From Auanema rhodensis (lineage: Eukaryota > Animalia > Nematoda), in NCBI GenBank assembly GCA_964057225.1, contig OZ059898.1, positions 372,001 to 436,000 of the forward strand: a stretch of DNA of 64,000 nt. Reading direction: 5' to 3'. The position numbers were made by a program, and so were the translations under genes. This document shows, one piece after another, positions 30,001-45,000 of the stretch; position 1 is the first letter of the stretch; the number at the start of each line of letters is the position of its first letter. Below the pieces are notes generated by a model, which was not told the origin of the DNA, searched no databases, and worked only from the letters and a program-made list of their open reading frames with translations.

Positions 30001-33000
30001 TTCACGTAAATTTCAAAGTCATGGTTACCATGAACCAATATCAATAAAAATTTGTTTTTAGACTAATATGGACATGGGGAATCTAATTTTGAAAACCGCA
30101 TCTCTTTATCTTTCACGTGAAGCGAGTTACATACCAAGTGCACATCACGTGTACATTTAATTAGCATAAATTAAAGTTCACGTAAATTTCAAAGTCATGG
30201 TTACCATGCACCAATATCAATAAAAATTTGTTTTTAGACTAATATGGACATGGGGAATCTAATTTTGAAAACCGCATCTCTTTATCTTTCACGTGAAGCG
30301 AGTTACATACCAAGTGCACATCACGTGTACATTTAATTAGCATAAATTAAAGTTCACGTAAATTTCAAAGTCATGGTTAACATGAACCAATATCAATAAA
30401 AATTTGTTTTTAGACTAATATGGACATGGGGAATCTAATTTTGAAAACCGCATCTCTTTATCTTTCACGTGAAGCGAGTTACATACCAAGTGCACATCAC
30501 GTGTACATTTAATTAGCATAAATTAAAGTTCACGTAAATTTCAAAGTCATGGTTACCATGCACCAATATCAATAAAAATTTGTTTTTAGACTAATATGGA
30601 CATGGGGAATCTAAATTTGAAAACCGCATCTCTTTATCTTTCACGTGAAGCGAGTTACATACCAAGTGCACATCACGTGTACATTTAATTAGCATAAATT
30701 AAAGTTCACGTAAATTTCAAAGTCATGGTTAACATGAACCAATATCAATAAAAATTTGTTTTTAGACTAATATGGACATGGGGAATCTAATTTTGAAAAC
30801 CGCATCTCTTTATCTTTCACGTGAAGCGAGTTACATACCAAGTGCACATCACGTGTACATTTAATTAGCATAAATTAAAGTTCACGTAAATTTCAAAGTC
30901 ATGGTTACCATGCACCAATATCAATAAAAATTTGTTTTTAGACTAATATGGACATGGGGAATCTAATTTTGAAAACCGCATCTCTTTATCTTTCACGTGA
31001 AGCGAGTTACATACCAAGTGCACATCACGTGTACATTTAATTAGCATAAATTAAAGTTCACGTAAATTTCAAAGTCATGGTTAACATGAACCAATATCAA
31101 TAAAAATTTGTTTTTAGACTAATATGGACATGGGGAATCTAATTTTGAAAACCGCATCTCTTAATCTTTCACGTGAAGCGAGTTACATACCAAGTGCACA
31201 TCACGTGTACATTTAATTAGCATAAATTAAAGTTCACGTAAATTTCAAAGTCATGGTTACCATGAACCAATATCAATAAAAATTTGTTTTTAGACTAATA
31301 TGGACATGGGGATTCTAATTTTGAAAATCGCATCTCTTTATCTTTCACGTGAAGCGAGTTACATACCAAGTGTACATCAAGTGTACATTTAATTAGCATA
31401 AATTAAAGTTCACGTAAATTTCAAAGTCATGGTTACCATGAACCAATATCAATAAAAATTTGTTTTTAGACTAATATGGACATGGGGATTCTAATTTTGA
31501 AAATCGCATCTCTTTATCTTTCACGTGAAGCGAGTTACATACCAAGTGTACATCAAGTGTACATTTAATTAGCATAAATTAAAGTTCACGTAAATTTCAA
31601 AGTCATGGTTACCATGAACCAATATCAATAAAAATTTGTTTTTAGACTAATATGGACATGGGGAATCTAATTTTGAAAACCGCATCTCTTTATCTTTCAC
31701 GTGAAGCGAGTTACATACCAAGTGCACATCACGTGTACATTTAATTAGCATAAATTAAAGTTCACGTAAATTTCAAAGTCATGGTTACCATGCACCAATA
31801 TCAATAAAAATTTGTTTTTAGACTAATATGGACATGGGGAATCTAATTTTGAAAACCGCATCTCTTTATCTTTCACGTGAAGCGAGTTACATACCAAGTG
31901 CACATCACGTGTACATTTAATTAGCATAAATTAAAGTTCACGTAAATTTCAAAGTCATGGTTAACATGAACCAATATCAATAAAAATTTGTTTTTAGACT
32001 AATATGGACATGGGAAATCTAATTTTGAAAACCGCATCTCTTTATCTTTCACGTGAAGCGAGTTACATACCAAGTGCACATCACGTGTACATTTAATTAG
32101 CATAAATTAAAGTTCACGTAAATTTCAAAGTCATGGTTACCATGCACCAATATCAATAAAAATTTGTTTTTAGACTAATATGGACATGGGGAATCTAATT
32201 TTGAAAACCGCATCTCTTTATCTTTCACGTGAAGCGAGTTACATACCAAGTGCACATCACGTGTACATTTAATTAGCATAAATTAAAGTTCACGTAAATT
32301 TCAAAGTCATGGTTACCATGAACCAATATCAATAAAAATTTGTTTTTAGACTAATATGGACATGGGGAATCTAATTTTGAAAACCGCATCTCTTTATCTT
32401 TCACGTGAAGCGAGTTACATACCAAGTGCACATCACGTGTACATTTAATTAGCATAAATTAAAGTTCACGTAAATTTCAAAGTCATGGTTACCATGCACC
32501 AATATCAATAAAAATTTGTTTTTAGACTAATATGGACATGGGGATTCTAATTTTGAAAATCGCATCTCTTTATCTTTCACGTGAAGCGAGTTACATATTA
32601 AGTGTACATCAAGTGTACATTTAATTAGCATAAATTAAAGTTCACGTAAATTTCAAAGTCATGGTTACCATGCACCAATATCAATAAAAATTTGTTTTTA
32701 GACTAATATGTACATGGGGAATCTAATTTTGAAAACCGCATCTCTTTATCTTTCACGTGAAGCGAGTTACATACCAAGTGCACATCACGTGTACATTTAA
32801 TTAGCATAAATTAAAGTTCACGTAAATTTCAAAGTCATGGTTACCATGCACCAATATCAATAAAAATTTGTTTTTAGACTAATATGGACATGGGGAATCT
32901 AATTTTGAAAACCGCATCTCTTTATCTTTCACGTGAAGCGAGTTACATACCAAGTGCACATCACGTGTACATTTAATTAGCATAAATTAAAGTTCACGTA

Positions 33001-36000
33001 AATTTCAAAGTCATGGTTACCATGAACCAATATCAATAAAAATTTGTTTTTAGACTAATATGGACATGGGGAATCTAATTTTGAAAACCGCATCTCTTTA
33101 TCTTTCACGTGAAGCGAGTTACATACCAAGTGCACATCACGTGTACATTTAATTAGCATAAATTAAAGTTCACGTAAATTTCAAAGTCATGGTTACCATG
33201 CACCAATATCAATAAAAATTTGTTTTTAGACTAATATGGACATGGGGAATCTAATTTTGAAAACCGCATCTCTTTATCTTTCACGTGAAGCGAGTTACAT
33301 GCCAAGTGCACATCACGTGTACATTTAATTAGCATAAATTAAAGTTCACGTAAATTTCAAAGTCATGGTTACCATGAACCAATATCAATAAAAATTTGTT
33401 TTTAGACTAATATGGACATGGGGAATCTAATTTTGAAAACCGCATCTCTTTATCTTTCACGTGAAGCGAGTTACATACCAAGTGCACATCACGTGTACAT
33501 TTAATTAGCATAAATTAAAGTTCACGTAAATTTCAAAGTCATGGTTACCATGAAGCAATATCAATAAAAATTTGTTTTTAGACTAATATGGACATGGGAA
33601 ATCTAATTTTGAAAACCGCATCTCTTTATCTTTCACGTGAAGCGAGTTACATGCCAAGTGCACATCACGTGTACATTTAATTAGCATAAATTAAAGTTCA
33701 CGTAAATTTCAAAGTCATGGTTACCATGAACCAATATCAATAAAAATTTGTTTTTAGACTAATATGGACATGGGGAATCTAATTTTGAAAACCGCATCTC
33801 TTTATCTTTCACGTGAAGCGAGTTACATACCAAGTGCACATCACGTGTACATTTAATTAGCATAAATTAAAGTTCACGTAAATTTCAAAGTCATGGTTAC
33901 CATGAAGCAATATCAATAAAAATTTGTTTTTAGACTAATATGGACATGGGAAATCTAATTTTGAAAACCGCATCTCTTTATCTTTCACGTGAAGCGAGTT
34001 ACATACCAAGTGCACAACACGTGTACATTTAATTAGCATAAATTAAAGTTCACGTAAATTTCAAAGTCATGGTTACCATGAACCAATATCAATAAAAATT
34101 TGTTTTTAGACTAATATGGACATGGGGAATCTAATTTTGAAAACCGCATCTTTTTATCTTTCACGTGAAGCGAGTTACATACCAAGTGCACATCACGTGT
34201 ACATTTAATTAGCATAAATTAAAGTTCACGTAAAATTCAAAGTCATGGTTACCATGCACCAATATCAATAAAAATTTGTTTTTAGACTAATATGGACATG
34301 GGGAATCTAATTTTGAAAACCGCATCTCTTTATCTTTCACGTGAAGCGAGTTACATACCAAGTGCACATCACGTGTACATTTAATTAGCATAAATTAAAG
34401 TTCACGTAAATTTCAAAGTCATGGTTACCATGAAGCAATATCAATAAAAATTTGTTTTTAGACTAATATGGACATGGGAAATCTAATTTTGAAAACCGCA
34501 TCTCTTTATCTTTCACGTGAAGCGAGTTACATGCCAAGTGCACATCACGTGTACATTTAATTAGCATAAATTAAAGTTCACGTAAATTTCAAAGTCATGG
34601 TTACCATGAACCAATATCAATAAAAATTTGTTTTTAGACTAATATGGACATGGGGAATCTAATTTTGAAAACCGCATCTCTTTATCTTTCACGTGAAGCG
34701 AGTTACATACCAAGTGCACATCACGTGTACATTTAATTAGCATAAATTAAAGTTCACGTAAATTTCAAAGTCATGGTTACCATGAAGCAATATCAATAAA
34801 AATTTGTTTTTAGACTAATATGGACATGGGAAATCTAATTTTGAAAACCGCATCTCTTTATCTTTCACGTGAAGCGAGTTACATACCAAGTGCACAACAC
34901 GTGTACATTTAATTAGCATAAATTAAAGTTCACGTAAATTTCAAAGTCATGGTTACCATGAACCAATATCAATAAAAATTTGTTTTTAGACTAATATGGA
35001 CATGGGGAATCTAATTTTGAAAACCGCATCTCTTTATCTTTCACGTGAAGCGAGTTACATACCAAGTGCACATCACGTGTACATTTAATTAGCATAAATT
35101 AAAGTTCACGTAAAATTCAAAGTCATGGTTACCATGCACCAATATCAATAAAAATTTGTTTTTAGACTAATATGGACATGGGGAATCTAATTTTGAAAAC
35201 CGCATCTCTTTATCTTTCACGTGAAGCGAGTTACATACCAAGTGCACATCACGTGTACATTTAATTAGCATAAATTAAAGTTCACGTAAATTTCAAAGTC
35301 ATGGTTACCATGAACCAATATCAATAAAAATTTGTTTTTAGACTAATATGGACATGGGGAATCTAATTTTGAAAACCGCATCTCTTTATCTTTCACGTGA
35401 AGCGAGTTACATACCAAGTGTACATCACGTGTACATTTAATTAGCATAAATTAAAGTTCACGTAAATTTCAAAGTCATGGTTACCATGCACCAATATCAA
35501 TAAAAATTTGTTTTTAGACTAATATGGACATGGGGAATCTAATTTTGAAAACCGCATCTCTTTATCTTTCACGTGAAGCGAGTTACATACCAAGTGCACA
35601 TCACGTGTACATTTAATTAGCATAAATTAAAGTTCACGTAAATTTCAAAGTCATGGTTACCATGAACCAATATCAATAAAAATTTGTTTTTAGACTAATA
35701 TGGACATGGGGAATCTAATTTTGAAAACCTCATCTCTTTATCTTTCACGTGAAGCGAGTTACATACCAAGTGCACATCACGTGTACATTTAATTAGCATA
35801 AATTAAAGTTCACGTAAATTTCAAAGTCATGGTTACCATGAAGCAATATCAATAAAAATTTGTTTTTAGACTAATATGGACATGGGGAATCTAATTTTGA
35901 AAACCGCATCTCTTTATCTTTCACGTGAAGCGAGTTACATACCAAGTGCACATCACGTGTACATTTAATTAGCATAAATTAAAGTTCACGTAAATTTCAA

Positions 36001-39000
36001 AGTCATGGTTACCATGCACCAATATCAATAAAAATTTGTTTTTAGACTAATATGGACATGGGGAATCTAATTTTGAAAACCGCATCTCTTTATCTTTCAC
36101 GTGAAGCGAGTTACATACCAAGTGCACATCACGTGTACATTTAATTAGCATAAATTAAAGTTCACGTAAATTTCAAAGTCATGGTTACCATGAACCAATA
36201 TCAATAAAAATTTGTTTTTAGACTAATATGGACATGGGGAATCTAATTTTGAAAACCGCATCTCTTTATCTTTCACGTGAAGCGAGTTACATACCAAGTG
36301 CACATCACGTGTACATTTAATTAGCATAAATTAAAGTTCACGTAAATTTCAAAGTCATGGTTACCATGCACCAATATCAATAAAAATTTGTTTTTAGACT
36401 AATATGGACATGGGGAATCTAATTTTGAAAACCGCATCTCTTTATCTTTCACGTGAAGCGAGTTACATACCTAGTGCACATCACGTGTTCATTTAATTAG
36501 CATAAATTAAAGTTCACGTAAATTTCAAAGTCATGGTTACCATGCACCAATATCAATAAAAATTTGTTTTTAGACTAATATGGACATGGGGAATCTAATT
36601 TTGAAAACCGCATCTCTTTATCTTTCACGTGAAGCGAGTTACATACCAAGTGCACATCACGTGTACATTTAATTAGCATAAATTAAAGTTCACGTAAATT
36701 TCAAAGTCATGGTTACCATGAACCAATATCAATAAAAATTTGTTTTTAGACTAATATGGACATGGGGAATTTAATTTTGAAAACCGCATCTCTTTATCTT
36801 TCACGTGAAGCGAGTTACATACCAAGTGCACATCACGTGTACATTTAATTAGCATAAATTAAAGTTCACGTAAATTTCAAAGTCATGGTTACCATGAACC
36901 AATATCAATAAAAATTTGTTTTTAGACTAATATGGACATGGGGAATCTAATTTTGAAAACCGCATCTCTTTATCTTTCACGTGAAGCGAGTTACATACCA
37001 AGTGCACATCACGTGTACATTTAATTAGCATAAATTAAAGTTCACGTAAATTTCAAAGTCATGGTTACCATGCACCAATATCAATAAAAATTTGTTTTTA
37101 GACTAATATGGACATGGGGAATCTAATTTTGAAAACTGCATCTCTTTATCTTTCACGTGAAGCGAGTTACATACCAAGTGCACATCACGTGTACATTTAA
37201 TTAGCATAAATTAAAGTTCACGTAAATTTCAAAGTCATGGTTACCATGAAGCAATATCAATAAAAATTTGTTTTTAGACTAATATGGACATGGGGAATCT
37301 AATTTTGAAAACCGCATCTCTTTATCTTTCACGTGAAGCGAGTTACATACCAAGTGCACATCACGTGTACATTTAATTAGCATAAATTAAAGTTCACGTA
37401 AATTTCAAAGTCATGGTTACCATGAAGCAATATCAATAAAAATTTGTTTTTAGACTAATATGGACATGGGGAATCTAATTTTGAAAACCTCATCTCTTTA
37501 TCTTTCACGTGAAGCGAGTTACATACCAAGTGCTTATCACGTGTACATTTAATTAGCATAAATTAAAGTTCACGTAAATTTCAAAGTCATGGTTACCATG
37601 AACCAATATCAATAAAAATTTGTTTTTAGACTAATATGGACATGGGGAATCTAATTTTGAAAACCGCATCTCTTTATCTTTCACGTGAAGCGAGTTACAT
37701 ACCAAGTGCACATCACGTGTACATTTAATTAGCATAAATTAAAGTTCACGTAAATTTCAAAGTCATGGTTACCATGAACCAATATCAATAAAAATTTGTT
37801 TTTAGACTAATATGGACATGGGGAATCTAATTTTGAAAACCGCATCTCTTTATCTTTCACGTGAAGCGAGTTACATACCAAGTGCACATCACGTGTACAT
37901 TTAATTAGCATAAATTAAAGTTCACGTAAATTTCAAAGTCATGGTTACCATGAACCAATATCAATAAAAATTTGTTTTTAGACTAATATGGACATGGGGA
38001 ATCTAATTTTGAAAACCGCATCTCTTTATCTTTCACGTGAAGCGAGTTACATACCAAGTGCACATCACGTGTACATTTAATTAGCATAAATTAAAGTTCA
38101 CGTAAATTTCAAAGTCATGGTTACCATGCACCAATATCAATAAAAATTTGTTTTTAGACTAATATGGACATGGGGAATCTAATTTTGAAAACCGCATCTC
38201 TTTATCTTTCACGTGAAGCGAGTTACATACCTAGTGCACATCACGTGTTCATTTAATTAGCATAAATTAAAGTTCACGTAAATTTCAAAGTCATGGTTAC
38301 CATGCACCAATATCAAAAAAAATTTGTTTTTAGACTAATATGGACATGGGGAATCTAATTTTGAAAACCGCATCTCTTTATCTTTCACGTGAAGCGAGTT
38401 ACATACCAAGTGCACATCACGTGTACATTTAATTAGCATAAATTAAAGTTCACGTAAATTTCAAAGTCATGGTTACCATGAACCAATATCAATAAAAATT
38501 TGTTTTTAGACTAATATGGACATGGGGAATTTAATTTTGAAAACCGCATCTCTTTATCTTTCACGTGAAGCGAGTTACATACCAAGTGCACATCACGTGT
38601 ACATTTAATTAGCATAAATTAAAGTTCACGTAAATTTCAAAGTCATGGTTACCATGCACCAATATCAATAAAAATTTGTTTTTAGACTAATATGGACATG
38701 GGGAATCTAATTTTGAAAACCGCATCTCTTTATCTTTCACGTGAAGCGAGTTACATACCTAGTGCACATCACGTGTTCATTTAATTAGCATAAATTAAAG
38801 TTCACGTAAATTTCAAAGTCATGGTTACCATGCACCAATATCAATAAAAATTTGTTTTTAGACTAATATGGACATGGGGAATCTAATTTTGAAAACCGCA
38901 TCTCTTTATCTTTCACGTGAAGCGAGTTACATACCAAGTGCACATCACGTGTACATTTAATTAGCATAAATTAAAGTTCACGTAAATTTCAAAGTCATGG

Positions 39001-42000
39001 TTACCATGAACCAATATCAATAAAAATTTGTTTTTAGACTAATATGGACATGGGGAATTTAATTTTGAAAACCGCATCTCTTTATCTTTCACGTGAAGCG
39101 AGTTACATACCAAGTGCACATCACGTGTACATTTAATTAGCATAAATTAAAGTTCACGTAAATTTCAAAGTCATTGTTACCATGAACCAATATCAATAAA
39201 AATTTGTTTTTAGACTAATATGGACATGGGGAATCTAATTTTGAAAACCGCATCTCTTTATCTTTCACGTGAAGCGAGTTACATACCAAGTGCACATCAC
39301 GTGTACATTTAATTAGCATAAATTAAAGTTCACGTAAATTTCAAAGTCATGGTTACCATGCACCAATATCAATAAAAATTTGTTTTTAGACTAATATGGA
39401 CATGGGGAATCTAATTTTGAAAACTGCATCTCTTTATCTTTCACGTGAAGCGAGTTACATACCAAGTGCACATCACGTGTACATTTAATTAGCATAAATT
39501 AAAGTTCACGTAAATTTCAAAGTCATGGTTACCATGAAGCAATATCAATAAAAATTTGTTTTTAGACTAATATGGACATGGGGAATCTAATTTTGAAAAC
39601 CGCATCTCTTTATCTTTCACGTGAAGCGAGTTACATACCAAGTGCACATCACGTGTACATTTAATTAGCATAAATTAAAGTTCACGTAAATTTCAAAGTC
39701 ATGGTTACCATGAAGCAATATCAATAAAAATTTGTTTTTAGACTAATATGGACATGGGGAATCTAATTTTGAAAACCTCATCTCTTTATCTTTCACGTGA
39801 AGCGAGTTACATACCAAGTGCTTATCACGTGTACATTTAATTAGCATAAATTAAAGTTCACGTAAATTTCAAAGTCATGGTTACCATGAACCAATATCAA
39901 TAAAAATTTGTTTTTAGACTAATATGGACATGGGGAATCTAATTTTGAAAACCGCATCTCTTTATCTTTCACGTGAAGCGAGTTACATACCAAGTGCACA
40001 TCACGTGTACATTTAATTAGCATAAATTAAAGTTCACGTAAATTTCAAAGTCATGGTTACCATGAACCAATATCAATAAAAATTTGTTTTTAGACTAATA
40101 TGGACATGGGGAATCTAATTTTGAAAACCGCATCTCTTTATCTTTCACGTGAAGCGAGTTACATACCAAGTGCACATCACGTGTACATTTAATTAGCATA
40201 AATTAAAGTTCACGTAAATTTCAAAGTCATGGTTACCATGAACCAATATCAATAAAAATTTGTTTTTAGACTAATATGGACATGGGGAATCTAATTTTGA
40301 AAACCGCATCTCTTTATCTTTCACGTGAAGCGAGTTACATACCAAGTGCACATCACGTGTACATTTAATTAGCATAAATTAAAGTTCACGTAAATTTCAA
40401 AGTCATGGTTACCATGCACCAATATCAATAAAAATTTGTTTTTAGACTAATATGGACATGGGGAATCTAATTTTGAAAACCTCATCTCTTTATCTTTCAC
40501 GTGAAGCGAGTTACATACCAAGTGCACATCACGTGTACATTTAATTAGCATAAATTAAAGTTCACGTAAATTTCAAAGTCATGGTTACCATGAAGCAATA
40601 TCAATAAAAATTTGTTTTTAGACTAATATGGACATGGGGAATCTAATTTTGAAAACCGCATCTCTTTATCTTTCACGTGAAGCGAGTTACATACCAAGTG
40701 CACATCACGTGTACATTTAATTAGCATAAATTAAAGTTCACGTAAATTTCAAAGTCATGGTTACCATGCACCAATATCAATAAAAATTTGTTTTTAGACT
40801 AATATGGACATGGGGAATCTAATTTTGAAAACCGCATCTCTTTATCTTTCACGTGAAGCGAGTTACATACCAAGTGCACATCACGTGTACATTTAATTAG
40901 CATAAATTAAAGTTCACGTAAATTTCAAAGTCATGGTTACCATGAACCAATATCAATAAAAATTTGTTTTTAGACTAATATGGACATGGGGAATCTAATT
41001 TTGAAAACCGCATCTCTTTATCTTTCACGTGAAGCGAGTTACATACCAAGTGCACATCACGTGTACATTTAATTAGCATAAATTAAAGTTCACGTAAATT
41101 TCAAAGTCATGGTTACCATGAACCAATATCAATAAAAATTTGTTTTTAGACTAATATGGACATGGGGAATCTAATTTTGAAAACCGCATCTCTTTATCTT
41201 TCACGTGAAGCGAGTTACATACCAAGTGCACATCACGTGTACATTTAATTAGCATAAATTAAAGTTCACGTAAATTTCAAAGTCATGGTTACCATGCACC
41301 AATATCAATAAAAATTTGTTTTTAGACTAATATGGACATGGGGAATCTAATTTTGAAAACCGCATCTCTTTATCTTTCACGTGAAGCGAGTTACATACCT
41401 AGTGCACATCACGTGTTCATTTAATTAGCATAAATTAAAGTTCACGTAAATTTCAAAGTCATGGTTACCATGCACCAATATCAATAAAAATTTGTTTTTA
41501 GACTAATATGGACATGGGGAATCTAATTTTGAAAACCGCATCTCTTTATCTTTCACGTGAAGCGAGTTACATACCAAGTGCACATCACGTGTACATTTAA
41601 TTAGCATAAATTAAAGTTCACGTAAATTTCAAAGTCATGGTTACCATGAACCAATATCAATAAAAATTTGTTTTTAGACTAATATGGACATGGGGAATTT
41701 AATTTTGAAAACCGCATCTCTTTATCTTTCACGTGAAGCGAGTTACATACCAAGTGCACATCACGTGTACATTTAATTAGCATAAATTAAAGTTCACGTA
41801 AATTTCAAAGTCATGGTTACCATGAACCAATATCAATAAAAATTTGTTTTTAGACTAATATGGACATGGGGAATCTAATTTTGAAAACCGCATCTCTTTA
41901 TCTTTCACGTGAAGCGAGTTACATACCAAGTGCACATCACGTGTACATTTAATTAGCATAAATTAAAGTTCACGTAAATTTCAAAGTCATGGTTACCATG

Positions 42001-45000
42001 CACCAATATCAATAAAAATTTGTTTTTAGACTAATATGGACATGGGGAATCTAATTTTGAAAACTGCATCTCTTTATCTTTCACGTGAAGCGAGTTACAT
42101 ACCAAGTGCACATCACGTGTACATTTAATTAGCATAAATTAAAGTTCACGTAAATTTCAAAGTCATGGTTACCATGAAGCAATATCAATAAAAATTTGTT
42201 TTTAGACTAATATGGACATGGGGAATCTAATTTTGAAAACCGCATCTCTTTATCTTTCACGTGAAGCGAGTTACATACCAAGTGCACATCACGTGTACAT
42301 TTAATTAGCATAAATTAAAGTTCACGTAAATTTCAAAGTCATGGTTACCATGAAGCAATATCAATAAAAATTTGTTTTTAGACTAATATGGACATGGGGA
42401 ATCTAATTTTGAAAACCTCATCTCTTTATCTTTCACGTGAAGCGAGTTACATACCAAGTGCTTATCACGTGTACATTTAATTAGCATAAATTAAAGTTCA
42501 CGTAAATTTCAAAGTCATGGTTACCATGAACCAATATCAATAAAAATTTGTTTTTAGACTAATATGGACATGGGGAATCTAATTTTGAAAACCGCATCTC
42601 TTTATCTTTCACGTGAAGCGAGTTACATACCAAGTGCACATCACGTGTACATTTAATTAGCATAAATTAAAGTTCACGTAAATTTCAAAGTCATGGTTAC
42701 CATGAACCAATATCAATAAAAATTTGTTTTTAGACTAATATGGACATGGGGAATCTAATTTTGAAAACCGCATCTCTTTATCTTTCACGTGAAGCGAGTT
42801 ACATACCAAGTGCACATCACGTGTACATTTAATTAGCATAAATTAAAGTTCACGTAAATTTCAAAGTCATGGTTACCATGAACCAATATCAATAAAAATT
42901 TGTTTTTAGACTAATATGGACATGGGGAATCTAATTTTGAAAACCGCATCTCTTTATCTTTCACGTGAAGCGAGTTACATACCAAGTGCACATCACGTGT
43001 ACATTTAATTAGCATAAATTAAAGTTCACGTAAATTTCAAAGTCATGGTTACCATGCACCAATATCAATAAAAATTTGTTTTTAGACTAATATGGACATG
43101 GGGAATCTAATTTTGAAAACCGCATCTCTTTATCTTTCACGTGAAGCGAGTTACATACCTAGTGCACATCACGTGTTCATTTAATTAGCATAAATTAAAG
43201 TTCACGTAAATTTCAAAGTCATGGTTACCATGCACCAATATCAATAAAAATTTGTTTTTAGACTAATATGGACATGGGGAATCTAATTTTGAAAACCGCA
43301 TCTCTTTATCTTTCACGTGAAGCGAGTTACATACCAAGTGCACATCACGTGTACATTTAATTAGCATAAATTAAAGTTCACGTAAATTTCAAAGTCATGG
43401 TTACCATGAACCAATATCAATAAAAATTTGTTTTTAGACTAATATGGACATGGGGAATTTAATTTTGAAAACCGCATCTCTTTATCTTTCACGTGAAGCG
43501 AGTTACATACCAAGTGCACATCACGTGTACATTTAATTAGCATAAATTAAAGTTCACGTAAATTTCAAAGTCATGGTTACCATGCACCAATATCAATAAA
43601 AATTTGTTTTTAGACTAATATGGACATGGGGAATCTAATTTTGAAAACCGCATCTCTTTATCTTTCACGTGAAGCGAGTTACATACCTAGTGCACATCAC
43701 GTGTTCATTTAATTAGCATAAATTAAAGTTCACGTAAATTTCAAAGTCATGGTTACCATGCACCAATATCAATAAAAATTTGTTTTTAGACTAATATGGA
43801 CATGGGGAATCTAATTTTGAAAACCGCATCTCTTTATCTTTCACGTGAAGCGAGTTACATACCAAGTGCACATCACGTGTACATTTAATTAGCATAAATT
43901 AAAGTTCACGTAAATTTCAAAGTCATGGTTACCATGAACCAATATCAATAAAAATTTGTTTTTAGACTAATATGGACATGGGGAATTTAATTTTGAAAAC
44001 CGCATCTCTTTATCTTTCACGTGAAGCGAGTTACATACCAAGTGCACATCACGTGTACATTTAATTAGCATAAATTAAAGTTCACGTAAATTTCAAAGTC
44101 ATTGTTACCATGAACCAATATCAATAAAAATTTGTTTTTAGACTAATATGGACATGGGGAATCTAATTTTGAAAACCGCATCTCTTTATCTTTCACGTGA
44201 AGCGAGTTACATACCAAGTGCACATCACGTGTACATTTAATTAGCATAAATTAAAGTTCACGTAAATTTCAAAGTCATGGTTACCATGCACCAATATCAA
44301 TAAAAATTTGTTTTTAGACTAATATGGACATGGGGAATCTAATTTTGAAAACTGCATCTCTTTATCTTTCACGTGAAGCGAGTTACATACCAAGTGCACA
44401 TCACGTGTACATTTAATTAGCATAAATTAAAGTTCACGTAAATTTCAAAGTCATGGTTACCATGAAGCAATATCAATAAAAATTTGTTTTTAGACTAATA
44501 TGGACATGGGGAATCTAATTTTGAAAACCGCATCTCTTTATCTTTCACGTGAAGCGAGTTACATACCAAGTGCACATCACGTGTACATTTAATTAGCATA
44601 AATTAAAGTTCACGTAAATTTCAAAGTCATGGTTACCATGAAGCAATATCAATAAAAATTTGTTTTTAGACTAATATGGACATGGGGAATCTAATTTTGA
44701 AAACCTCATCTCTTTATCTTTCACGTGAAGCGAGTTACATACCAAGTGCTTATCACGTGTACATTTAATTAGCATAAATTAAAGTTCACGTAAATTTCAA
44801 AGTCATGGTTACCATGAACCAATATCAATAAAAATTTGTTTTTAGACTAATATGGACATGGGGAATCTAATTTTGAAAACCGCATCTCTTTATCTTTCAC
44901 GTGAAGCGAGTTACATACCAAGTGCACATCACGTGTACATTTAATTAGCATAAATTAAAGTTCACGTAAATTTCAAAGTCATGGTTACCATGAACCAATA

